A stretch of DNA of 64,000 bases, from NCBI GenBank assembly GCA_017408635.1, contig JAFQUH010000006.1, positions 2,903-66,902 of the forward strand, in the 5' to 3' direction. This DNA comes from Ruminiclostridium sp. GTDB taxonomy: Bacteria; Bacillota; Clostridia; Oscillospirales; Ruminococcaceae. Shown one piece after another: positions 30,081 through 38,499 of the stretch (the first letter of the stretch is position 1; every line of letters begins with the position of its first letter). A program made the translations under genes and the position numbers. The notes beneath the pieces were generated by a model. It was not told the origin of the DNA and made no database searches. It saw only the letters and a program-made list of their open reading frames with translations.

Positions 30081-32684
30081 ATGGCAAATGATATTCTCAG
30101 AATGAGCGGTATGAACTCAGGTCTTGATACCGAGGCTATCGTAGAGGCAATGACCGCCGCTACAAAGCTCAAAATAACAAAGCAGAACAGAAAGGCTATC
30201 ACTCTTAAGTGGAAGCAGGAAGCATATCAGGATGTCACAACAAAGCTGACAGACTTCCAGAAGAAGTTCTTCGATATGTTAGACTCCAAGACAAACTTAA
30301 AGAGTGCGTCTTCCTTCAATAAATATAAGGCTACCGTTTCCCATATGGTAAACGGTGTGTCCACAGAGGGCTCTCCTGCGGGCGTTACAGTTAAGTCCCA
30401 GTCAGGCGCAGTTCCCGGCACATACAATGTAAAGGTAAACAAGACTGCTACCCAGGCTAAATATCAGGGTAGTGCAATGGATACCAGCGCACTTGATTTT
30501 TCAAATTACACAGACAGCACACAGACCTATACCTTTAATTTAAAGGTTGGCGAAAAGTCTGCAAACGTAAGCTTTACAGGTGGCTCCGCCGACGAGATCA
30601 TGTCACAGATCAACACCCAGCTTACAGACGCCTTCGGTACGTCAAATACCACGGCTACAACAGGCAGAGGTCTTGTATACATAAACGATAGCGGTAAGCT
30701 CGTTTCCGCAGACCGTACAGGTATGACAATGAGCGGCGTTATGAATATGAACGGAGATATCTCCCTTAATATGAATAACTTAAAGCAGGGCTCAAACAAG
30801 CTCAACCTTACGATAGGCTCAAACAGCTACAGCTTATCCTTCCAGACCTACGACGCTGAATATTTCGGCAACGAGGACGGAACTTTAGGTGCTATCACAA
30901 GAGAAGAATATCAGAATATTCACTTCAACCTTGAAGGTGAAAAGGCTTATAATGCGGCTAAGGAAGCAGGCGAGATCGACTCCGACGCATTAAAGGCAGA
31001 GGCTTACGAAAAGGCAAAGAACGATGCATACCAGACAGAGTATGACAAGCAGCTTGTAATCAAGAAGTCCGCTTATGAAGAACAGCTTAAGAACGATTTT
31101 GAAGCAGGCAAGGCTGACGGCTCTATAGCTGACGGTATCGAATTTGAAGACTGGAAGGCAACTCAGCCCGAATATGACGAAGCCGCTTTCAAGGCAGAAT
31201 TTGACGAAAAGTACAACGAAAACTTTGACGAAGAAGCCTTCAAGGCAGAATTCGATAAGAACTACGACGAGCTTGCGGCTTATAAGAAATTAAAGCTCAA
31301 TAAGGATGATTATAAGCTCTCTAACGAGGAGCTTGCAACCTGGGCAAACAGACACGAGCTTGAAAAGGCTCTGTCAAACGTAAAGCTCCCCGGTGACGCT
31401 ACCTTATCTCTTGCAGATGACGGTACAATCACGGCAAGCGACGGCTCCAAGATTGCCGTTGCGGCTGATCCCTCAAGCGTAAATACCTACGGCGTATCCA
31501 CGGCTACCTCCTCTGCAAGTCAGGTAACAACAAATACCACACTTAAGGAGCTTGGTATAGAGGGCGACGCTACTATAAAGGTAAACGGCGTATCCTTTAC
31601 CTTCTCTTCCGATTATACAATCAAGAAGATGATGAACGAAATCAACGCCAGCAAGACTGCAGGCGCTACAATGAGCTTCAGCACGCTGACAAACAGCTTC
31701 TCTATAAGCTCCTCCAAGCACGGCACAGAGGCTACTCTTGACTTTACTGCAGATGCAGGAAGCGACGGAGATGCATTACTTTCCTCCCTCGGCTTAAAGT
31801 CAGGCACCTTTACCGCAGGTACAAACCTTGAAATAGAAGTAAACGGCGAGGTTATCGAAACCTCCTCCAACTCCTATACTGCAGATGGTACAACAATGAC
31901 CTTCACCTCTGCGGCGGCAGGCAGCGAATTTACATATGAAGTAAAGAAGGATAATACAGAAGCCATCGACGCTATCAAGGAGTTTGTAAAGGACTACAAC
32001 CAGCTTCTTGAAGACGTATTCAAGTACGTTGACGAAAAGCCCAACAAGGACTATTACGCTCTTACAGATGAAGATATCGAAGAGATGGATCTTTCTGAAA
32101 AGCAGCAGGAAAAGTGGGAGACAATGGCTAAGAAGGGCCTGCTCTACAACGATTCCGCAGTAAGCTCCGTAATGCAGAAGATGCGTAGCGTACTTTACTC
32201 TACGGTAAAGACCGCTGACGGACAGAACTTCAGCCTTTTCAGTATGGGTATCACAACCAGCGACGACTGGACCAAGCACGGTCAGTTAGAGCTTGATGAA
32301 AAGAAGCTCGAAGAAGCCTTTGAAAACTTTGCTCCCCAGATTGAAGAGCTTTTCACAGGCACAACGATAGACGCAGAAGGCAAGACTGTAAAGACAGGTA
32401 TCATGCACAAGCTCGACGAAACTCTGACAAGCGCAGTAAAGACGACAGGTGCAAGAAACGAAAAGGGTTCACTCGTACAGATTGCAGGTATGAAGACAGG
32501 TACAGCGGCTACCGATAACTCTATCTTCGATCAGTTAAAGAGCATTCAGAATCTTATAGATAGTCTTGAAGAAAGATACGAAAATCAGCAGGACAGATAC
32601 TGGAAGCAGTTCTCCTCCCTTGAATCCATCATGGGTAACTTAAACAGCCAGACAACCTACATCCAGCAGCTGATGCAGTTCTGA
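30081..32684 (+). CDS. fliD: flagellar filament cap protein FliD (unusually long, 867 aa)
   Basis: N terminus MANDILRMSGMNSGLDTEAIVEAM and C terminus ...FSSLESIMGNLNSQTTYIQQLMQF are FliD-like. There is a large central insert with an internal duplication (EAAFKAEFDEKYNENFDEEAFKAEFDKNYDE). Confidence 0.9.
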   Translation: MANDILRMSGMNSGLDTEAIVEAMTAATKLKITKQNRKAITLKWKQEAYQDVTTKLTDFQKKFFDMLDSKTNLKSASSFNKYKATVSHMVNGVSTEGSPAGVTVKSQSGAVPGTYNVKVNKTATQAKYQGSAMDTSALDFSNYTDSTQTYTFNLKVGEKSANVSFTGGSADEIMSQINTQLTDAFGTSNTTATTGRGLVYINDSGKLVSADRTGMTMSGVMNMNGDISLNMNNLKQGSNKLNLTIGSNSYSLSFQTYDAEYFGNEDGTLGAITREEYQNIHFNLEGEKAYNAAKEAGEIDSDALKAEAYEKAKNDAYQTEYDKQLVIKKSAYEEQLKNDFEAGKADGSIADGIEFEDWKATQPEYDEAAFKAEFDEKYNENFDEEAFKAEFDKNYDELAAYKKLKLNKDDYKLSNEELATWANRHELEKALSNVKLPGDATLSLADDGTITASDGSKIAVAADPSSVNTYGVSTATSSASQVTTNTTLKELGIEGDATIKVNGVSFTFSSDYTIKKMMNEINASKTAGATMSFSTLTNSFSISSSKHGTEATLDFTADAGSDGDALLSSLGLKSGTFTAGTNLEIEVNGEVIETSSNSYTADGTTMTFTSAAAGSEFTYEVKKDNTEAIDAIKEFVKDYNQLLEDVFKYVDEKPNKDYYALTDEDIEEMDLSEKQQEKWETMAKKGLLYNDSAVSSVMQKMRSVLYSTVKTADGQNFSLFSMGITTSDDWTKHGQLELDEKKLEEAFENFAPQIEELFTGTTIDAEGKTVKTGIMHKLDETLTSAVKTTGARNEKGSLVQIAGMKTGTAATDNSIFDQLKSIQNLIDSLEERYENQQDRYWKQFSSLESIMGNLNSQTTYIQQLMQF

Positions 32685-32703
32685 TCAGTTCAGATTACGA
32701 CGG

Positions 32704-32737
32704 TTTACCTGCTCACACAGGGCAGGTAAATCAGTTT
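32704..32737 (+). other. stem-loop between fliD and fliS (weak terminator/processing site)
   Basis: TTTACCTGC-tcacacag-GCAGGTAAA followed by tcagttt. Confidence 0.45.
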
Positions 32738-32756
32738 AAACGGAAGGAATACCGAT

Positions 32757-33182
32757 ATGACTAATGCACTTTCGGCATATAAAAAGCAGTCCGTAACAAC
32801 ACTCACCCCCGGTGAAGTGGTGGTAAGACTGTATATGGAGGCAGAACGCCAGCTCAACCGTGCGTCCTACTATATCCCCCAGAAGAATTTTGAGGGTGCA
32901 AATAAGGCGCTGACAAAGGCACAGGACGTGGTAAACGCCCTTCGTTCCTGCCTTGATATGAAAATACCGATTTCAAAAAATCTCGATTCGCTCTATGAAT
33001 ATTTCAACCGTGAAATAGTTGAGGCGAACGTTAAGAAGGATAAGGCAAAGGTAGACGCTCTTATCCCTATGATAGCAGAGCTTCGTGAGGCTTTTCAGGA
33101 GATAAACTCCATGTCCCGTGAGCAGATGATGGCACAGCAACAGCAGGCAACCGCTCCCCAGGGAGAAGCACCGCAGAGCTGA
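32757..33182 (+). CDS. fliS: flagellar export chaperone FliS
   Basis: ...YKKQSVTTLTPGEVVVRLYMEAERQLNRA..., 141 aa. Confidence 0.9.
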   Translation: MTNALSAYKKQSVTTLTPGEVVVRLYMEAERQLNRASYYIPQKNFEGANKALTKAQDVVNALRSCLDMKIPISKNLDSLYEYFNREIVEANVKKDKAKVDALIPMIAELREAFQEINSMSREQMMAQQQQATAPQGEAPQS

Positions 33183-33204
33183 TATAAAGGAAAGGAATCC
33201 GACT

Positions 33205-33684
33205 ATGAAAAAAGCAGACGCAACCAACCTGCTTCAGCTGATGGATAAGCTGACAGAGTTGATGACCGAATATAATAAGCGTACCGACAGAATGGTGACC
33301 TTTGATCTTGAGATAATTCAGCAGGTCCTGCTTTCCCGCAATGAGATAATGGACAGTATGCGCCAGGTGAAAAGCACCATAATGGAGGTCGTTAATGCCC
33401 AGGCTCCCGCTGAAAGAGAGATTCTCCGCAATATTCTGAATAACAAGCCCGTTGAGGCAGAGCTTTCCTACGAACTGCGACAGCTTCAGGGCAAGATGAG
33501 AAGACTGCAGGAGATAAAGCAGGAGATTGACCAGAAGGATAAGAAGGTTACCGCCGTAGTGACACAGAGCTATGAGGATGTCAAGGCGGAGCTGGAGGCT
33601 CTCAAGGTCGATAAGAAGAAGATTGACTACTATAGTAGTGTAAAGCTGGGCGGCAAGGGCCGTACCTTCAGTACAAATTCATAG
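33205..33684 (+). CDS. FliT/FlgN-like helical flagellar protein
   Basis: 159-aa coiled-coil protein directly after fliS (the fliT slot in B. subtilis). Confidence 0.55.
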   Translation: MKKADATNLLQLMDKLTELMTEYNKRTDRMVTFDLEIIQQVLLSRNEIMDSMRQVKSTIMEVVNAQAPAEREILRNILNNKPVEAELSYELRQLQGKMRRLQEIKQEIDQKDKKVTAVVTQSYEDVKAELEALKVDKKKIDYYSSVKLGGKGRTFSTNS

Positions 33685-33689
33685 AACAC

Positions 33690-33722
33690 AAGGCTGTCGT
33701 AGAGATATGACAGCCTTTTTCA
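33690..33722 (+). terminator. intrinsic terminator of the late flagellar operon
   Basis: AGGCTGTC-gtagagatat-GACAGCCT followed by TTTTT. Confidence 0.8.
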
Positions 33723-33723
33723 A

Positions 33724-33810
33724 TTTGTCGGGGGACAAATTGAAAAGTGAGGGGTATGCTACATAATTCAAAACGTTCGCAAAACCGTAATTTGACACAC
33801 ATCAATGTTG
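33724..33810 (+). repeat. intergenic repeat R2 (related to R1)
   Basis: TTTGTCGGGG at 33724. TGAGGGGTATGCTACATAATTCAAAACG... from 33748 aligns with 24049-24110. Confidence 0.75.
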
Positions 33811-33892
33811 TTCTCCCGCCGTCAATGAATCTTTGCATCCCACATAATTGCAAAAGGCGGGAACCCGGATTGAACACCAGGTGTTCATTTTT
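33774..33892 (+). ncRNA. candidate small RNA (promoter-to-terminator unit inside R2)
   Basis: The candidate unit consists of:
- promoter TTGAAA (33740-45)-16 nt-CATAAT (33762-67)
- helices CCCGCC (33815-20)/GGCGGG (33856-61) enclosing TTTGCA/TGCAAA
- terminal TGAACAC-cag-GTGTTCA (33871-87) followed by TTTTT

There is no expression evidence. Confidence 0.3.
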
Positions 33893-33903
33893 CCAAAAAA
33901 CTG

Positions 33904-33932
33904 TTGACATAGTCAATAAATTGTGGTATTAT
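33904..33932 (+). promoter_or_regulatory. sigma-A promoter for the prepilin-like gene
   Basis: TTGACA-17 nt-TATTAT. Confidence 0.6.
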
Positions 33933-34002
33933 TAACTTATATAGAATGAGTCAGTATCCTTATTTTTGGCTCTTATCCAAGGGGAAAGGTTGGTACAAAA
34001 CC

Positions 34003-34731
34003 ATGTGGATAAATAAAAATCGTAAAAAAGGCTTTACAATGGTGGAGCTTATAGTTGTACTTGCGATTATAGGCGTTTTAATGGCAATTATAATTCCTAT
34101 GGTAGCAGGCTCCGGCAGGGATGATGCGGCAAATGCAAAGGCGAAGAGCTTTTTCTATGCGACGCAGAACGTGTTTATGAATTACAAAACAGATAAGCCT
34201 GAAATAGATATGGATGACACCGGTAATACAACAGGCTATTTCTCTATAATAAATGACGCTGACGCAAATCAGCATACGGCTCTTTTTGAGGACGACTTCT
34301 ATTTTATAGAGGCAGAGGCAAAAACCAACGAGGGCTTTACGAAGGTTACGGTCGGACTTTATGAAGGCAGTACCTCAATTCCTGCAGCGGAGCAGTACAA
34401 GTGCCTTTCAAAGACTCTTTCACAGGATGATCCTTCTACCTACAGACGTCAGGAGATCACTTCAGGCGAATTTATCGACGCCTTCAACGGCTTCTCAAAC
34501 AGCGAGGATACAGGCTACTATTACGCTCTGGTTGACTACAAGTGCCGTGTAATTGCAACCTACTGGTCAAGCGAGCCTATATCTGTTTTAAGCGACAACA
34601 CAACCGGCGAATTCAAAAAGGACACTATCCAGTTTATAGACAACAACAAGATCGATTACACTATCGTAGGTGCCTTCCCTGAAGACAGAGGAAGAGTAGG
34701 CGACGTAATGTTCCACTACGAATACATTTAA
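34003..34731 (+). CDS. prepilin-type N-terminal cleavage/methylation domain protein (type IV pilin/pseudopilin-like)
   Basis: I prefer the start at ATG 34003 (MWINKNRKKG|FTMVELIVVLAIIGVLMAII, a class III signal peptide). The track start 33946 lies only about 7 nt from the predicted TSS. Confidence 0.8.
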   Translation: MWINKNRKKGFTMVELIVVLAIIGVLMAIIIPMVAGSGRDDAANAKAKSFFYATQNVFMNYKTDKPEIDMDDTGNTTGYFSIINDADANQHTALFEDDFYFIEAEAKTNEGFTKVTVGLYEGSTSIPAAEQYKCLSKTLSQDDPSTYRRQEITSGEFIDAFNGFSNSEDTGYYYALVDYKCRVIATYWSSEPISVLSDNTTGEFKKDTIQFIDNNKIDYTIVGAFPEDRGRVGDVMFHYEYI

Positions 34732-34740
34732 AAATTATAA

Positions 34741-35126
34741 GAAAGCAGGGCAAATGCCCTGCTTTCAGCGTGTAGACAAAGTCTTGTCTACACGCTGTCA
34801 GACGATGAAAAACGCACGTCAGCCATTGATTTTGACCTGTTCGGTCAAAATCGTCAACCGCCCCCGTCGGCGTACGAACGGCAAGGATGCCGTAAAGCGA
34901 ACACCAAAAGTGCATCACGATGATGCACAACAAAGTGTTCGCATAAGGTACGTTAGGCGTCAGTTGACGAAGTAAGCAAAAATGCTTTAGGGAAGCCGTT
35001 TTAGGCTTCCCTAAACTTTTGTATTAATGTTTTGTATGCTCGCAAGATAAGTACAGAATTTTACGCATTTTTGCGGTGCGTGAGTTTGTCTTCAGTCTGA
35101 AGCAGGGCAAATGCCCTGCTTTTTTT
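34741..35126 (+). repeat. terminator-associated structured repeat, copy A (core 34766-35098, MITE-like; flanked by duplicated host terminator hairpin)
   Basis: About 90% identical to copy C over ~335 bp and shares both ends with copy B. The hairpin GCAGGGC-aaat-GCCCTGC is present at 34741-34766 and again at 35099-35122 (+T6). The 5' end has a 14-bp hairpin at 34766-34797. An internal hairpin plus T-run lies at 34986-35020. Confidence 0.9.
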
Positions 35127-35137
35127 AATAAAAGGGG

Positions 35138-35166
35138 TTGCAAAACCGAAATAACTGTGATATAAT
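35138..35166 (+). promoter_or_regulatory. sigma-A promoter for the 35312 lipoprotein gene
   Basis: TTGCAA-17 nt-TATAAT with a TGa extended -10. The leader is ~140 nt. Confidence 0.6.
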
Positions 35167-35311
35167 ACTTATTATGTGGATTTATGCTCTGACGGGCATA
35201 TTCTGCTTATCGGGAGAGAAGCGCCGGGATATACATAAAGGCGTTTTATAAATAGCAACACGTTTTTATACGTGTAGGAAAAGATGGAAAAACTTTAAGG
35301 AGATTTGCGAA

Positions 35312-36523
35312 ATGAGATTATTCAAGAGAATAGCGGCTGCAGTATGCGCTATCGCAGTTGCTGTTTCAGTAGCAGGCTGTGCCGATATCACAAAGATGGG
35401 TACGGTAGAGGACAAGGGAATAAACGCAGGTGTATATCTGTGGTTTGTAAATGCGGCTATGGACGACGCCCAGACAGAGGTTGACAATCAGCTTTCCGAT
35501 ATGGGTACAAGCGCAAGCAAGATTGAAAATTTCAGCTACTTTGATTACAACGTTCAGGAAAAGCCCTTTGCACAGTTTGTAGAGGAAAAGGCTATTGAAC
35601 TTGTAAAGCAGCACGTAGCTATCGAAAAGAAGGCAGAGGAGCTTGGTCTTTCTCTGACTGCAGAGGAAAAGAACGTCATCAAGGAAAACGCCAAGGATCT
35701 GTGGAAGACAGAAATCACCTACTACGGCTACTCTACAGGCGTAACCTATGGCGAGAACTACGAAAAGGCAGGCATCAGCAGACAGTCCTATACACAGGTT
35801 CAGCTGGTAAACTCCTTAAGAAACAAGCTTTTCGACAAGTACTATGAAGAAAACGGTATCACTCCTACAGATCAGAAGGATATCGACGTATACTTCAAGG
35901 ATAATTACGGACGTTTTGAAATCATTCAGGTTGCACTGAAGGATGCAAAGGGCGAAGCAATAGATACAGAGCAGGGCAAGGCTGATAAGCTCAAGCAGGC
36001 TGAAGGCTACCTTGACAGACTCTTAAAGGGTGAAGAATACGATACAGTATTCCACGATTACGAAAAGTACCTTGAGGAACAGGAAAAGCTCGCCAAGGAA
36101 GAAGAGGAAAAGAACAACAGCAATGCTTCTTCAACAACTACAAGCAGTAAGACGGAAAGCAGTGAAATTGAGGTAGACGATACCACAAGCAGCGGCTCTT
36201 CCGAAGAAGAGGAAGAGGATCACGATCACGACTTCCTTTTAAACAAGGCTGATACCTCCCCCAGCGAAGCCTTCATCAAGTGGGCGTTTGAGCTGAAGGA
36301 GAACGAAGGTAAGATCTACAAGGATTCTACAGTATATTACGTAGTTGTAAGAAGACCTATCGAAGAGCGTAAGGACTGGCAGGAAGAATACAGAAGCGAC
36401 CTTCTCCACGAAATGAAGGACGGCGAATTCAACGAAAAGCTCAACGAGTTCGCAAAGGATTACAAGGTAGATTTCTCCCAGAGCGCACTTGACGCTTACA
36501 AGCCTGACAAGATCAAGAGATAA
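35312..36523 (+). CDS. lipoprotein, possibly a SurA/PrsA-N-terminal-like chaperone (no parvulin motif recognised)
   Basis: MRLFKRIAAAVCAIAVAVSVAGCAD lipobox. Helical, Lys/Glu-rich, with an acidic Ser/Thr/Glu low-complexity insert. Confidence 0.6.
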   Translation: MRLFKRIAAAVCAIAVAVSVAGCADITKMGTVEDKGINAGVYLWFVNAAMDDAQTEVDNQLSDMGTSASKIENFSYFDYNVQEKPFAQFVEEKAIELVKQHVAIEKKAEELGLSLTAEEKNVIKENAKDLWKTEITYYGYSTGVTYGENYEKAGISRQSYTQVQLVNSLRNKLFDKYYEENGITPTDQKDIDVYFKDNYGRFEIIQVALKDAKGEAIDTEQGKADKLKQAEGYLDRLLKGEEYDTVFHDYEKYLEEQEKLAKEEEEKNNSNASSTTTSSKTESSEIEVDDTTSSGSSEEEEEDHDHDFLLNKADTSPSEAFIKWAFELKENEGKIYKDSTVYYVVVRRPIEERKDWQEEYRSDLLHEMKDGEFNEKLNEFAKDYKVDFSQSALDAYKPDKIKR

Positions 36524-36529
36524 GTAAAT

Positions 36530-36566
36530 AAAGCGGTCAACGGTTAATTTCGCTGACCGCTTTTTG
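36530..36566 (+). terminator. intrinsic terminator
   Basis: AAAGCGGTCA-...-TGACCGCTTT followed by TT. Confidence 0.75.
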
Positions 36567-36594
36567 TGCTGTAATAAATAAAGGAATTTTAGCA

Positions 36595-38499
36595 ATGATA
36601 GTTTTAAGCGGTAACAATATAACGGTGGAATTCGGGGGAGAGGTGCTTTTCTCCGATGCCTGCTTCCGCCTTGAAAATGACGGAAGAGCGGGACTCGTCG
36701 GTGTAAACGGATGCGGCAAGACCACACTTTTCAAGGTGATAAACGGCGAATGCGAAGCGGCAGAGGGTAATATAAATAAAACCGCCGGCGTAAAAATAGG
36801 ATATATGGAGCAGTACATTATCCGTAATGAGAATATGACTCTCTACGAGGAGGTACTGGAGATATTCCGCCCCCTTATCGATATGGAGCAGGAGCTTTAC
36901 GAAATCGGGGTAGCTATTGATTCGGGAGATCACAGCGAAAAGACTCTGCAAAGGCAGATGCACCTGAACGAAAAATTTCAACAGGAGGGAGGACTTGTCT
37001 ACAAGTCCAAAACTACCTCTGCACTTCTCGGTCTTGGCTTTGACAAGGAGATGCTTTCCCGCCCCATAAGCGTATTATCAGGCGGTCAGAAGAGCAAGGC
37101 ACAACTGGCGAAGCTCCTTTTATCCGACAGTAACGTATTACTCCTTGACGAGCCGACAAACCACCTGGATATAAAGGCGTGCGAATGGCTGGAAAAATTC
37201 CTTTTCGAGTATAAGGGTGCTTATATCGTTATCTCCCACGACAGATATTTTCTTGACAAGGTGACAAATATCACCTATGAAATGGAAAACGGCAGACTTC
37301 ACGAATATAAGGGAAATTATTCCCGCTTTCTTGAGCTTAAGGCAGAAGCAAGACTGGCTCAACAACGCCAGTACGATAAGACGATGAAGGAAATTCACCG
37401 CATAGAAGGAATCATCGAGCAACAGAGAAGCTGGAAGGTAGAGCATAACTATATTACCGCCTTTTCAAAGCAGAAGCAGGTGGACAGACTCAAGGAAACC
37501 CTTGACAAGCCCGAGGACGCTCCCGAGGAGCTTCGCTTCCGCTTAAGATGTAAGGAGGGCGGCGGCAACGACGTGCTGATGGCAGAAAAGCTCTGCAAGT
37601 CCTTTGATGGAGAAAAGCTCTTTTCATCGGTGGATCTTGATATAAAGAAGAACGAAAGAGTATTTATATTAGGCGAAAACGGATGCGGTAAGACCACCCT
37701 TTTAAAGATACTGACAGGTCAGCTTCCTGCTGATTTCGGTACCTACCGTTACGGAAGTGAAATAGAATGGGGATATTACGATCAGTCCCAGAGCAGTCTG
37801 ACTCCCACAAAGACCGTACTTGACGAGTTGTGGGATGATTTCCCCCGTATGACGCAGACCGAGGTCAGAACGGCTCTCGGCTCCTTTATGTTCCACGGCG
37901 ATGACGTTTTCAAATTGATCGGTAATTTAAGTGGTGGCGAAAAGGCGAGGATATCCCTGTTAAAGCTGATGCTGAGGGGCGGAAATCTTCTGTTTCTCGA
38001 CGAGCCGACAAACCATCTTGATATCCATTCGAGAGAGGCTCTGGAGAAGGCTTTATCCGAATACGGCGGAACTCTTGTGGTGGTTTCCCACGACAGATAT
38101 CTCATCAATAAGCTGGCAAGCAGAATAATATTGCTTAAACCTGACGGCATAGTTAAGGTTAACGGAAACTACGATACCTACGTAGCGCTTACCGAAGCCG
38201 AGGAGGAAAAGCCTGTCGTAAAGCAGGAGGAAAAGAAGCCTAACGATTATAAGCTCCGCAAGGAGAGAGAAAGCAATATCAGAAAGCTGAAAACCGCTCT
38301 TTCCCGCACGGAGAAGGAGATAGAGGAAACGGAGCAGAGGATAGAGGAGGCTACAGAGCTTTTGTCCTCACCCGAATATTCTTCCGACTATGAGAAGGCT
38401 ATGAAGCTGTCCTTGGAAATAGAGGAGCTTAAGCAGAAGGAAGAAGAGTTGACGGCAAGATGGATGGAAATATCCGAGGAGCTGGAGTCGGCAGAGTAA
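36595..38499 (+). CDS. ABC-F family ATPase (two NBDs, no TMD, C-terminal coiled coil)
   Basis: 634 aa. Two Walker A motifs (GVNGCGKTT, GENGCGKTT), two LSGG signatures and a Glu/Lys-rich C-terminal helix. Confidence 0.9.
   Translation: MIVLSGNNITVEFGGEVLFSDACFRLENDGRAGLVGVNGCGKTTLFKVINGECEAAEGNINKTAGVKIGYMEQYIIRNENMTLYEEVLEIFRPLIDMEQELYEIGVAIDSGDHSEKTLQRQMHLNEKFQQEGGLVYKSKTTSALLGLGFDKEMLSRPISVLSGGQKSKAQLAKLLLSDSNVLLLDEPTNHLDIKACEWLEKFLFEYKGAYIVISHDRYFLDKVTNITYEMENGRLHEYKGNYSRFLELKAEARLAQQRQYDKTMKEIHRIEGIIEQQRSWKVEHNYITAFSKQKQVDRLKETLDKPEDAPEELRFRLRCKEGGGNDVLMAEKLCKSFDGEKLFSSVDLDIKKNERVFILGENGCGKTTLLKILTGQLPADFGTYRYGSEIEWGYYDQSQSSLTPTKTVLDELWDDFPRMTQTEVRTALGSFMFHGDDVFKLIGNLSGGEKARISLLKLMLRGGNLLFLDEPTNHLDIHSREALEKALSEYGGTLVVVSHDRYLINKLASRIILLKPDGIVKVNGNYDTYVALTEAEEEKPVVKQEEKKPNDYKLRKERESNIRKLKTALSRTEKEIEETEQRIEEATELLSSPEYSSDYEKAMKLSLEIEELKQKEEELTARWMEISEELESAE

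Noticed and set aside
34754-34975. A 73-aa highly basic ORF inside repeat copy A, and its 63-aa counterpart 54684..54875 in copy C (...KNARQPLILTCSVKIVNR.RRRTNGKDAVKRTPKVHHDDAQQSVRIRY...)
   Set aside because: There are four reasons:
- Between A and C, five codon changes are amino-acid replacements and only one is synonymous.
- The starts differ: an ATG inside the host hairpin in A, and a TTG in C.
- There is no SD.
- Copy B deletes most of the frame.

The conservation is better explained at the nucleotide or structure level.
34741-35126. The possibility that the duplicated terminator hairpins around copies A and B are assembly artefacts
   Set aside because: The two hairpin copies at locus B differ at two positions and have different downstream contexts (a T-run on the right copy only). 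The same architecture occurs at two unrelated loci. Read-level validation would still be worthwhile.
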